Virus record (IMG/VR): IMGVR_UViG_3300037517_002510
Coordinates: 1-50,317 of that record
Length of the DNA stretch: 50,317 bases
Strand: one strand, 5' to 3'
DNA from: a virus
Taxonomy: Duplodnaviria > Caudoviricetes
Below, one piece after another: positions 36,743 to 45,576 of the stretch (positions within the stretch are counted from its first letter, which is position 1; each line of letters begins with the position of its first letter). The notes beneath the pieces were generated by a model. The model ran no database searches. It had not been told where the DNA came from and saw only the letters and a program-made list of their open reading frames with translations. The translations under genes were made by a program, and so were the position numbers.

Positions 36743-37176
36743 AGCGCCCCCTCCTTCTCGGGTGAGACGAGGACGATGTAGTCCAGCGCGGCCACGTCAT
36801 CCACGTCGATGCCCTCGGCTTCCCACAGCTTCCGAATCTCGGAGTCGTGCTTGTCGGCGATGCCGCATGCCAGCAGCGAGGCGTAGCGCATGGACAGCAG
36901 GTCCGCGCCTTGCGGCCACCTCACCCGCTCCATCAGCATGAACCCGGCGATGTTGTAGACGGTCATCATCTCGGCGCAGACGGCCACGCTTGCCGCGTGC
37001 GGGTGATACTTCCCAAAGTCCTCGCCGAACGACCGGTGCTTGCGCTCGGATTCACGCTCCAGCTTCGCCACCTTTTCAATGGCGCGGTCGAGGTCGGAGG
37101 ACGTGTGAAGCAGGGCAGCGTATGCCTTGCGCGCCAGCTTGATGTGGCGCTTCTGTTCGCTTTGTTGTGCTTTCAT
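36739..37176 (-). CDS. Hypothetical early protein
   Basis: 145-aa ORF, coupled to the downstream gene. Confidence 0.7.
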   Translation of the reverse strand: MKAQQSEQKRHIKLARKAYAALLHTSSDLDRAIEKVAKLERESERKHRSFGEDFGKYHPHAASVAVCAEMMTVYNIAGFMLMERVRWPQGADLLSMRYASLLACGIADKHDSEIRKLWEAEGIDVDDVAALDYIVLVSPEKEGAL

Positions 37177-37276
37177 TGTGCTTTCTGTGTTCCGCAGCCG
37201 TGGTGGCTGCGTTCCCGGAGTTCATCCCCGGTCCAGATGACCCGCCACTCGGGCGGGGCACCGGAACCCGGAACCA

Positions 37277-37381
37277 CTATTCGATGGGGCCGCCGCCTAT
37301 CCAGCCGGCCAGCCAGACCACGGCGGCGAAGACCAGCGCGCCCAGCGCCGCCTTCCAGCCGGGCAGGTCATTGCGGCTCAT
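37277..37381 (-). CDS. 34-aa membrane peptide
   Basis: MSRNDLPGWKAALGALVFAAVVWLAGWIGGGPIE, ATGA-coupled to the vWA-like gene. Confidence 0.55.
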   Translation of the reverse strand: MSRNDLPGWKAALGALVFAAVVWLAGWIGGGPIE

Positions 37382-38226
37382 GCCAGCAGCCTTTCCCGTT
37401 GGGCCGTCATCCAAGCGTTGATGGCCTTCTCATTTCCCAGCAGCGGGGTTAGCTCCGCCATCCGAATCGCCACGCTACCCGTCTCGGCGTTGCGCTTCGA
37501 TGTATCCACGCTGCCGTAGCCGCCGTCGATGCCGTTCAGGCATTCAATCCAGCGGAACGCCACCCGGCGGAACGAACTAGGGTGCATCGCGGCGACCACC
37601 TTGGCCAAGTCCAGCGGGTGATTCGCCCGCTTGACCCAATGTTCCAGCTCGCAGTCAACGCGCCTGCCAGCATCGTCCTTGCAGACGGAGCTGTGCCGAT
37701 ACCGCACCACGAACTCGCAGCGCACGCCGGCAAGCTCAAGGCTGTCGATCAGCGCGCCGACGATCACCGCGGCCTGCATCAGGTGCCGCGCCTTCACTCC
37801 GGCGCTCACGCAGCCGTCGAAGACCACCTGCGCGACGCGGCCGAACGCCGGCACGTCTTCCATCCGGAAATCCAGCATGTTCTCTGGCTCGCCGGCCAAG
37901 TATCGGCCCACGTCAGGTTCTTCGCCGGCCACGTCGTAGTAAGTGACGTGCCGCTCGGCGACGTTGGCTTCCGCCACGGCGAAGACCAGCCGTGCCTGCA
38001 TCTTGCTAGCCTGCTCGGCACCTTCCGGCCAGCCGTCGAGAAGGAGGCGTTCGGCCGCCCCGTAGCCGTTGGTTTCGCAGAACTCATGGCTGCCGGTTTC
38101 GGACTGCCGACAGTGGTGCGACTTGCCGTAGGCGTATTCGTCGGCGGACAGATAATCCGCCGTGCTATCACAGGACAGGGAGTAGGCATTCAGCCCGGCA
38201 TCCCACTTCCAAGGGGAGGCTTTCAT
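37378..38226 (-). CDS. vWA-like partner of the MoxR ATPase
   Basis: DVAGEEPDVGRYLAGEPENM followed by degenerate MIDAS-like FDGCVSAG; adjacent to the AAA gene. Confidence 0.6.
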   Translation of the reverse strand: MKASPWKWDAGLNAYSLSCDSTADYLSADEYAYGKSHHCRQSETGSHEFCETNGYGAAERLLLDGWPEGAEQASKMQARLVFAVAEANVAERHVTYYDVAGEEPDVGRYLAGEPENMLDFRMEDVPAFGRVAQVVFDGCVSAGVKARHLMQAAVIVGALIDSLELAGVRCEFVVRYRHSSVCKDDAGRRVDCELEHWVKRANHPLDLAKVVAAMHPSSFRRVAFRWIECLNGIDGGYGSVDTSKRNAETGSVAIRMAELTPLLGNEKAINAWMTAQRERLLA

Positions 38227-39395
38227 TTGCACCGCGCCTCCACACGCTTCCGGGCGTCGGCGTCCATGCCCTTCCAGAGCAGACCTTCTTCAAGCCAATA
38301 CCGACCCATGCCAGCACGGGCCAGCTTGTCACCGAGGATGGTCGCCCGGGGCGAAACAACCGCCCGGACCTTCTCGGCGGCGATTGCTTCCCGGACCTTC
38401 CCGACGCGGGCGAACCACTGCTCGGTGGAAATCAGCCCGCCGCGGCCGATGTCAACTTCCTCGGATGTCCGGGAGAGCCCGACGCACGCGGCTTCAAGGC
38501 CGGCGTCGATTCCCCATTCGAGGACGAAGAACCGGTCGAGAGTTGCCGCATCCAATTGGTTGCGCCCCACGTATTGACGGTCGGCCCCTTGGCCATAGGT
38601 ATTCGCGGCTGCTATCAGCCGGAACTGCTTGTGCCGGGCGATCATCCCGCCCTGCGTCGGCATCACGTTGCCGGCCGCCGCCGCGTTCATCCCGGTCAGC
38701 ACGCCGGGGTTCCCGGCGTCGATTTCGTCCATCAGCATCACCCCGCCGCTGCCGTAGCAGTCGGCGAACAGCGAACTGTGATACGTGCCCCCGGCGTCCT
38801 TGTAGCCGAACAAATCCGACTTTGAAGTCTGCGGATTAACGCTCAGGCACCCGAACTTCACGCCGAGCGCCTGCGAAGCGGAGACGGCCGCCGAGGTCTT
38901 CCCGGAACCGGCCGGGCCGACCAGCATCACCGGCACGTCGTTGGCGACTGCCAGCATCAGGAGCCCGAACCGGGCATGCTGCCGGGTCATTTCAACCGAC
39001 GGCAGGTCTGCTATTTTCACTTCCAGCTTCGCGGAAGGCAGCTTCGCGGCTTCCTCCGCGGCGATTTCGCGGACGCGGGGCTCGTCGAGTCCCTGCTTGG
39101 GAATGAGCGTCGCAAGCACCGCCTGCAATGCCTGCACCGCGCTGGTCGTGTCAGCCGGCGGAACCGGCACCGTGGCAGGCGCCTCGTGCTTCACCGCTTC
39201 ACCGGGCCAGACGCCAGTTTCCAGCGCCGCGATGCACGTCGCCTTGTTGGCGCCGGCAATCATCAGCGCCGGGCCAATCTTGCGGCGCCGGCAGAGTGTG
39301 CGGAGGTCCGGAACGGAAACCGCCAAGTAATTTGGCGACCCGTCCGGGTTGAGCGGAACATGCGGTTCCGCGGGGTTTTGGAGTTCTAGGTCCAT
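38223..39395 (-). CDS. MoxR/CobS-like AAA+ ATPase
   Basis: GPAGSGKT, LMDEID, AAANT, LDAATLDRF, SPRA. Confidence 0.9.
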   Translation of the reverse strand: MDLELQNPAEPHVPLNPDGSPNYLAVSVPDLRTLCRRRKIGPALMIAGANKATCIAALETGVWPGEAVKHEAPATVPVPPADTTSAVQALQAVLATLIPKQGLDEPRVREIAAEEAAKLPSAKLEVKIADLPSVEMTRQHARFGLLMLAVANDVPVMLVGPAGSGKTSAAVSASQALGVKFGCLSVNPQTSKSDLFGYKDAGGTYHSSLFADCYGSGGVMLMDEIDAGNPGVLTGMNAAAAGNVMPTQGGMIARHKQFRLIAAANTYGQGADRQYVGRNQLDAATLDRFFVLEWGIDAGLEAACVGLSRTSEEVDIGRGGLISTEQWFARVGKVREAIAAEKVRAVVSPRATILGDKLARAGMGRYWLEEGLLWKGMDADARKRVEARCK

Positions 39396-39465
39396 GTTGT
39401 GCTTTGTTTCGGTTCCGATTCATTCGGAACACGTCTGGCGCCTACTTTCGCAGGCGCCGGGCGTG

Positions 39466-39672
39466 TCACGCCAGCATTGCACAAATCCGGTCATCTTCCG
39501 CCGCTTCCCATTCGGCCAGCGGGTAAAAGTCGCACGCTTCCGGGGCAAACCGCACCACCTTCAAACCGTTTTCGTCGTAATGACGTGCCAGCATGGCAAT
39601 ACCGTCCCCGTGAAGTGGGCGTTCGTAAATGGCGACCGCGTCGTGCTTCGTGGCAATTTCGTGGAGTTTCAT
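39466..39672 (-). CDS. Hypothetical early protein
   Basis: 68 aa with an AAGCACAAG-ATG leader. Confidence 0.6.
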   Translation of the reverse strand: MKLHEIATKHDAVAIYERPLHGDGIAMLARHYDENGLKVVRFAPEACDFYPLAEWEAAEDDRICAMLA

Positions 39673-39756
39673 CTTGTGCTTCCTATGTTCTCGCTTCCGT
39701 TCATTCGGCTGCGACTTCGCCCCGTGGTTTCCCGCGAGGCGCGTGTCACGGTCGAC

Positions 39757-40155
39757 TTACTTTCCAGCCTTGAGGCGTTCAATTTCGGCGCGGAGTTCGG
39801 CGAGTTCGGCCGCGGCCTTTGCGGCCTTCGTCTGCCGGAGGGCGCCGACTTTCGGCAGCTTGGCGAACTTGATCACGGCTCCGGACTTCCGGACTTCGGC
39901 GGTGTCGGCCGAATAGCCGGCCGTGGTCAACGTGGCCACAAGTTCAAGGGCCGCGGCCTTCCGGGCGCCGTCGGGAGTGGTGAGCCCGTCTTTGATGAAG
40001 CGACGCCGCGCCGCGCCGGTGAGACCGTTTTCCTCGGCCAAGGTGCGAAGTTCGCGGGCTGACTTGGTGCCAAGGAAGTAACGGGTGCCGGTCTGGTTCC
40101 CACTCTTGGTGGAAACAATGGCGGTGGAACGAAGGGTTGTGGTGATGGTGTTCAT
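39757..40155 (-). CDS. Basic hypothetical early protein
   Basis: MNTITTTLRS... with an AAGCACAAC-ATG leader. Confidence 0.7.
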   Translation of the reverse strand: MNTITTTLRSTAIVSTKSGNQTGTRYFLGTKSARELRTLAEENGLTGAARRRFIKDGLTTPDGARKAAALELVATLTTAGYSADTAEVRKSGAVIKFAKLPKVGALRQTKAAKAAAELAELRAEIERLKAGK

Positions 40156-40605
40156 GTTGTGCTTGTGTTTACGGTGCCAGCATCCGGCTGGCGCGGTTTC
40201 AGCTTTGCGCTGACGTGTGGGCACTGTTTCCAGTGCCAACAAGTCAGCCCGCCGTGCAATGCACGGCGAGCGAAGGGTGAAGCGCGCAACGCGCGCTTGG
40301 GTTTGTTGTTGTCCCGAAGCTGTGAACTCCGGGCTCGGGGCTTGTTCCCCTTCCGGCCAGTCTTTCGACTTGGCCAAGGTGCAGTTGCGTCCCGTGAGTC
40401 AGCAGCGTGTGGCATTCACGCCGCCTTTCCCCGTGGGTAACTGTCGGACCTGTGGTTGCCGCTTCCTTTCGCTCGGGCTTTTCCCCGCTTGCCCCTATGT
40501 CGGGGCTGGCAACTCTGGCGGACTGCCGGACACCTTCCGGTTTCACCGCGGCGATTCAAAGAACGTTGGCAGTAAACACTACCCTTCCCATAGTGGCGAA
40601 AACTC

Positions 40606-40749
40606 AGGGGCGAGTTGCTGGTTTTTAGGGACGAGTTGCTGGTTTTACCAACCCCACAACTGTAAACGGTAGTGTTTCACGGTGTAAACTCACAGGTGTA
40701 ATCTACCCTGAAAGGGGGATAAATTACGGGTGTAAGGTTACGGGTGTAA
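40606..40749. repeat. Cluster of short direct repeats
   Basis: CGAGTTGCTGGTTTT x2 (40611, 40632); GGTGTAA x4 (40681, 40695, 40729, 40743); TTACGGGTGTAA x2. Confidence 0.8.
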
Positions 40750-40750
40750 T

Positions 40751-40766
40751 TGTTCCATGTGGAACA
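40751..40766. promoter_or_regulatory. parS-like palindrome
   Basis: TGTTCCATGTGGAACA is one base from the canonical TGTTCCACGTGGAACA. Confidence 0.7.
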
Positions 40767-40821
40767 TGGTGGAAGCGGTTTCCGGTTGCCAGTGCTGGCA
40801 GTGTATGTCACCTGCTTTGCC

Positions 40822-41178
40822 ATGCCGAGACTAGATGAACTCTCCTCTGCCGCTTTGGCCGGCAAGTCATTGGTGCGCATTGGTGCCCGTAGTGCAAAGG
40901 GTTTGCAATTGCTCAAAGCGACTGAGCCGGCGAAGTCGGCGTTTCGGGCAAGGCGACTTGCGGCGCGGATGTTTGACATCGCCAATGACGCCGAAGTCCC
41001 CGTTGCGGACAGGGTGGCGGCCTGTAAAGCCATGCTGGCAGCACAAGACCAAGTATTGGACTGGCTTTCCTACCCGAAACGGCCCGCTGCTGGCAGTGCT
41101 GGCAGATCGGCAATCCCGATTGAGGCCATCGAGGCCATCCTCGCGACACCACCCGCCGACTTGCCCCTAGACCCCTAG
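40822..41178 (+). CDS. Hypothetical protein, possible terminase small subunit
   Basis: 118-aa helical ORF with DRVAACKAML, lone plus-strand gene next to the repeat region. Confidence 0.4.
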   Translation: MPRLDELSSAALAGKSLVRIGARSAKGLQLLKATEPAKSAFRARRLAARMFDIANDAEVPVADRVAACKAMLAAQDQVLDWLSYPKRPAAGSAGRSAIPIEAIEAILATPPADLPLDP

Positions 41179-41349
41179 TTTACAGTTGTAAAGATTGAAT
41201 ATAATGGTTGTTGTGCAGAGGCCTTTTTCCGAAGGAAAAAGGGATTCCTTTGGGCCGAGGGGGTAGGGTGGTGGTGTAGGGGCAGGGGGGAAACGAAGCG
41301 AGGGTTCCACGTAGGAACCCCCTCTTAAAAACCGCCGTGATTTCCGGGT

Positions 41350-41898
41350 TTAGACCCCGGGCTGGACCTGCCCCGCCCGAATCCGCCAGAGCATCCTGCG
41401 GTTGCTGAACGACCGGACCAGATCGGGCAGCTCCTCGGCGACGCGGCCTAGGATGCGTCCCATCCACACGTCGTTCAGGCGGTGCTTGGCGGTGGCTTTT
41501 GGCAGGAGCTTGAGCCAGCCGCGGGCGCTTTCGGTGAGGTGCAGTTTCCCGGAGGCGACGAAGACGGCCAGCAGTTCCTCGCGCACATCCTTGGCGGCGG
41601 CGTCCTGATTCATGGGGGTGGCGGGCAGCTCGGGTTTGGGCGCCAGCAGGAGCCCGAGGGCCAGTCCGGAATCGAAGGCTGCGGTGGCCACTGTGCGCCA
41701 CTGTATCTTCTCCGGGGTATCAGTCTCCTCGGGAGACATCAGATGGATGGCGCCCTCGATTGGGTTGATTCCAGCCTGAGTCAGCAGCTCGGAAACCCGG
41801 TCCTCCAAGGCCGGTTTGTCATGGTAATTTACCCACAGCTCGAAGCAGGTGTCGCGTAGGGCGTCGATGAGTTCTTTTTCAGTAATGAGTATGTTCAT
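41350..41898 (-). CDS. Hypothetical protein
   Basis: MNILITEKEL..., ~182 aa. Confidence 0.65.
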   Translation of the reverse strand: MNILITEKELIDALRDTCFELWVNYHDKPALEDRVSELLTQAGINPIEGAIHLMSPEETDTPEKIQWRTVATAAFDSGLALGLLLAPKPELPATPMNQDAAAKDVREELLAVFVASGKLHLTESARGWLKLLPKATAKHRLNDVWMGRILGRVAEELPDLVRSFSNRRMLWRIRAGQVQPGV

Positions 41899-41939
41899 GG
41901 TGTGATGGTCCACAACGGATGTATTACTGGTCCCCCGAC

Positions 41940-42160
41940 TGTTTGTCAAACACGAATAGTTTTACCCACCGTTGGCGTCAGGAAAAGCCGTCATTGGTGA
42001 CAGCTCCTTCTTTTGACTATTTATTGATTGAACTTCTTCTTAATCAATCAGTTATAGAAGATAGATGACAGAGTGACAGAGGTTTTAAGGAATTGACGGT
42101 CAGGGTGATGCAGTAGTAGATACACAGGATAATAGTATTGCCTCACTTCCCTAAAGGATA
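41940..42160. other. Candidate replication origin
   Basis: Strongly AT-rich non-coding tract with an ATTGATTG/TAATCAAT dyad and TGACAG repeats, downstream of the primase-helicase. Confidence 0.5.
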
Positions 42161-42225
42161 GGGAGGGGGGGGTGGCACCCGACACCCGTCACCCGGAGCC
42201 ACCCGCCTCGGCGCCTTCCAGACGC

Positions 42226-42253
42226 AAAAAACCCCGGGTGGGATTCCCGGGGT
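42226..42253 (-). terminator. Rho-independent terminator
   Basis: ACCCCGGG/CCCGGGGT stem plus poly-T on the minus strand, after the primase-helicase. Confidence 0.75.
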
Positions 42254-42277
42254 CGCTGGCGCTGCCGACGCAGATGT

Positions 42278-44503
42278 TCAGCCTTGGCTTCGCAGGATGG
42301 TCCAGAGGCGCTTGGTCTTCGTTCGGCGGAAGGAATACCGGTCGGGCTGTTGGACGGCAAGGCGGGCCAGATAAACGCCAAGGCGGGCCACGTTTGAGAT
42401 GAGGTTCCGGGCGTCCCGGCTCCGGCGGCTGTCGATGAGCTTCGTTTCGAGGTCGGACGGGCTGCCCTCCCACGAGGTAATCGGGAACTCCTCCCCGCTG
42501 CTGGCGAAGATCACGTCGGAGATCAGTTCGTCGAGCTGGGTTTCCGGGGAGGTGGCACACAGCTCCTCAAGGACGGACGGGTGCTGGTAGTGCCGGAGGC
42601 CGGTCCGGGGCTCGGCTTCGGTTTCCGGGATTTCGAGCGCGTCAACGAAGGCGGCGAATGCTGGCAGCTCGGTGAGCATGCTGGCATACTCGTCGAACTC
42701 GCAGGTCCGGCCGCCCGTAAGCGGGACCACCCGGCGAATGCAGGACAGGATGATGACCTTGTCCCGCATGGACTCCTCCATCGGGGGCAGGACTTGCAGG
42801 TTTTCCGGCTCGTTGTTGAGGCAGGCGGACATCGCCCAGATCGGCCGGAGGGAGACGGCGTCCCGGCCCTTGGCGTGGCAGGACTGCTGCGGCGAGAACA
42901 GCATTGACTTGATGTTGGAGCCGAACGCCCGGCGGGAATCCATGTCGCGGCCGGGGCAGTCGTCGTCGATGACGAGGTGCTCCGCCCAGAAGTGGTCCCC
43001 GTTGAACGGGGTCTTCTCGGACATGAACGGGTAGGGCTTGGCGGACCGGCCGCCGAACAGCGGGGTGAGGATGCCCGACTGCACGTAGGTCTTGCCGCAG
43101 TTTGCCGGCCCGACGAGGACGAGCAGGTGCCCGGCCCGCCACTGACCCGTCCGGATGGCCTTCCGGCGCAGGTGGACCCATAGCAGGAACCGCCAGTATT
43201 GCGCGTCGTCGGCGCCCAGCATGTTATAGAGGAAGTTCAGGAGCCGCTGGCAGTCGCCCGGGACGGCGATGACCGGGTTGGGGTGCGTCGTGACGAGGAC
43301 GTTCTGGCCGGCGACGGGTCCGGCGCGGTGCCCGGCGAGCGGGCCGACGTAGGTCCACTTGGAGTTTTTCTGTTGGTCGGACAGCTCCCGCTCCAGCTCC
43401 GAGGTGCCGGAGTCGTCGTTGAAGGTGTCCAGCCGGCGCTCCGCCCGCAGCAGCACGCGCAGGGCGTCGAGCGTTATGGTGTTCCACTCCCCGGAGTCGG
43501 CCCGGATGCGATACTTGCCGGCGAACCGGTCGAACGTCCACTGCTCGGCGGATGCTGGCAGCGTGGGCTTGGGGGTTTTGTCCGGCGGGGGCGGCGGGGC
43601 ATCCGCCGACGCGAGGATGCCGGCGACGCTGATGTTTTCCGGAATCTCGTCGGCGATGTCCCAGCCGTCCGGAAGATCAGGGGGCAGGACGACCTGCTTG
43701 GAGCCCGGGTTCGCAGCCCGGATGAAATCCATCGCGGCCCGGCCGGGGGCGTCGTTGTCCGGCCAGAGGATGAGCTTCCGGCCACGGAGCGGGGACAGGT
43801 TGGCCTTCCGGACGGCGGCGGCCCCGCCCTGCCACGTCACGCAGACGAGGTGCGGGAACTGCTTCGCCGCGGCGTCGCAGGTTTTCTCGCCCTCCACGAC
43901 GAGCACGGTGTCGTCCGGCCGGCGGGCCAGCAGGTGCTGGTTGTAAATCGGCCTGCCCGTATTCAGGAAATCCCCAAGCCCATGCTTCCAGTGGGCATCG
44001 TTGTCGCGGTCCGGCTCCCCGCCGGACGGCGGGAAGAATCCCAGCGGCATGACATCCTTCACCTTCTTGCCGTCGGCGTTGATGCGGTCATACCGCAGCA
44101 CGTAAAGGCACGGCGTCCCGTCGGCTTCGTGATAGCACCATGCTTTTGACGGCAGCATGCTGCCCGCCCACTTTTGCAACGGGTCGAACCTCCGCGGCTT
44201 CCCGTCGCCCTTGTATTCCGGCAGCCCAAGGAACTCCCGCGCCCACTTGGCGGCCGGGCCGACCTTTGCGAAGTTCAGCGCGTTCTGGACGAGGGAGAGC
44301 AGGTCACCGCCCTTGCCGGCGGCGTGGTCGAACCACATGCCGGCCTTGGGTCCGACCAGCTCGACGATCATGCTCTCCCCCTTCTCGCCGGCCACGCTGC
44401 CGACGAACCACTGCTTGCCGCGTTGCTGTCCGTTCGGGAGCAGTTCCCGGCAGACCTCCTCGGCGCGGTCGGAAAGGAGGTCGTTCAATTCGGGAAGGGT
44501 CAT
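42278..44503 (-). CDS. TOPRIM primase-helicase fusion
   Basis: VVEGEKT...WQGG...WPDNDAPG TOPRIM domain; C-terminal P-loop GPANCGKT and VIDD. Confidence 0.85.
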   Translation of the reverse strand: MTLPELNDLLSDRAEEVCRELLPNGQQRGKQWFVGSVAGEKGESMIVELVGPKAGMWFDHAAGKGGDLLSLVQNALNFAKVGPAAKWAREFLGLPEYKGDGKPRRFDPLQKWAGSMLPSKAWCYHEADGTPCLYVLRYDRINADGKKVKDVMPLGFFPPSGGEPDRDNDAHWKHGLGDFLNTGRPIYNQHLLARRPDDTVLVVEGEKTCDAAAKQFPHLVCVTWQGGAAAVRKANLSPLRGRKLILWPDNDAPGRAAMDFIRAANPGSKQVVLPPDLPDGWDIADEIPENISVAGILASADAPPPPPDKTPKPTLPASAEQWTFDRFAGKYRIRADSGEWNTITLDALRVLLRAERRLDTFNDDSGTSELERELSDQQKNSKWTYVGPLAGHRAGPVAGQNVLVTTHPNPVIAVPGDCQRLLNFLYNMLGADDAQYWRFLLWVHLRRKAIRTGQWRAGHLLVLVGPANCGKTYVQSGILTPLFGGRSAKPYPFMSEKTPFNGDHFWAEHLVIDDDCPGRDMDSRRAFGSNIKSMLFSPQQSCHAKGRDAVSLRPIWAMSACLNNEPENLQVLPPMEESMRDKVIILSCIRRVVPLTGGRTCEFDEYASMLTELPAFAAFVDALEIPETEAEPRTGLRHYQHPSVLEELCATSPETQLDELISDVIFASSGEEFPITSWEGSPSDLETKLIDSRRSRDARNLISNVARLGVYLARLAVQQPDRYSFRRTKTKRLWTILRSQG

Positions 44504-44519
44504 GCGTTCGGGGTGTGGG

Positions 44520-44765
44520 TCAGGTGTGCTTGGTTGATGTGGCGTGGATGCTCCGCCAGTCGGAAAGGTTGTGCTCGGCGACCACGTTGCCCGGGTTCGG
44601 GACGAGTCGGCAATAGAATCCCGGCATCGTGGACCATGCCCCGGGGTCGGAGACGGTGATGGCGGAGACGTTGGAATGTTCGTTGGCCGCCCACAGGTAG
44701 AAACCCGGGGAGGTGGGGTTTTCCCGGTCAAGCCGGACGCCGTTCCAGATGAGGTATGTGTTCAT
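44520..44765 (-). CDS. Hypothetical protein
   Basis: MNTYLIWNG...PTSPGFYLW. Confidence 0.55.
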   Translation of the reverse strand: MNTYLIWNGVRLDRENPTSPGFYLWAANEHSNVSAITVSDPGAWSTMPGFYCRLVPNPGNVVAEHNLSDWRSIHATSTKHT

Positions 44766-44910
44766 GGTATTTGAAAAAACCCGGGCAGGACGACGGTAAC
44801 TGTCCAAGGTTGTCGCCGCTCGGCCCGGTCACCCCTCACACGAGGGGTGGAAAGTGGTTGGTGGTGGTCTGTTATCCGTTCGCGCCGCAATTTTGCGGCT
44901 CACTCAACTG

Positions 44911-45549
44911 TTAGACCTCGTTACCCCACACGTCCCATCCGTCGCGTTTCCGACGGGCGAACATTTCGAGATACGGGCCGGGTGATACACTCTCCACGAG
45001 TCTTTGGAAGGCTTCCGGCTTGCGGGAGTGTTTTGGGCCGGTGTCCTTTTCTGGCCGCGTCCAGTTCCACCACGTCGAGTCCACACGCTGCTTGGCGATG
45101 TCGAGTCCACGGCGGCAGAACAGGACGTGCTCGGTTGTCTGGACGAACGCGCCACCGAAGCCGAGGCCGCGAGGCGTCTTTGCCCATGTGAGCAGCGCGA
45201 CGGGTCGGAAGCTCCAAGCGCGGGCGAGCGCGTAGGTTTGTTCGATGTAGGCATTGATTGTCCAGATGTAGAGGTGTGCATTTTCGGCGGCGGCGTCGGC
45301 GACTGGCAGAGCTTTGATTTCATCGAGCGTCATTGTGTTGTAGTTCATCGCTGCTGGCGTCCACGTCCCTTTCGGGCTTCCTGTCGAGGCTCTTTCAGCG
45401 CGGCGTGTGTCCTCTCCGAATTTCACATCCCACGGCGGGTCAGCGACGATGGTTGAGTATTCGCCCACGAGGTCTAACAACGCGCTGGAGCGAACGGGGA
45501 TGAGCGCGGGCACGTCCTCGTTGCAATCGGTTGTCATTGGCGCGCTCAT
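44911..45549 (-). CDS. MT-A70 family N6-adenine methyltransferase 1
   Basis: IVADPPW...HLYIWT...TEHVLF...HSRKP...LEMFAR...GWDVWGNE. Confidence 0.92.
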   Translation of the reverse strand: MSAPMTTDCNEDVPALIPVRSSALLDLVGEYSTIVADPPWDVKFGEDTRRAERASTGSPKGTWTPAAMNYNTMTLDEIKALPVADAAAENAHLYIWTINAYIEQTYALARAWSFRPVALLTWAKTPRGLGFGGAFVQTTEHVLFCRRGLDIAKQRVDSTWWNWTRPEKDTGPKHSRKPEAFQRLVESVSPGPYLEMFARRKRDGWDVWGNEV

Positions 45550-45576
45550 CCCCGTCGCTCAGCTTGGTCGTTCGAC
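45472..45576 (+). repeat. attC-like site B
   Basis: GTCTAAC-aacgc-GCTGGAGCGAACGGGGATGAGCGCG...CGCGCTCATCCCCGTCGCTCAGC-ttggtc-GTTCGAC; 5/6-nt spacers and two extra bases in the left arm. Confidence 0.85.

Noticed and set aside
40750-40821. N-terminal extension MFHVEH... of the 40822 ORF
   Set aside because: It is simply the translation of the parS palindrome. The ATG at 40822 is the more plausible start.
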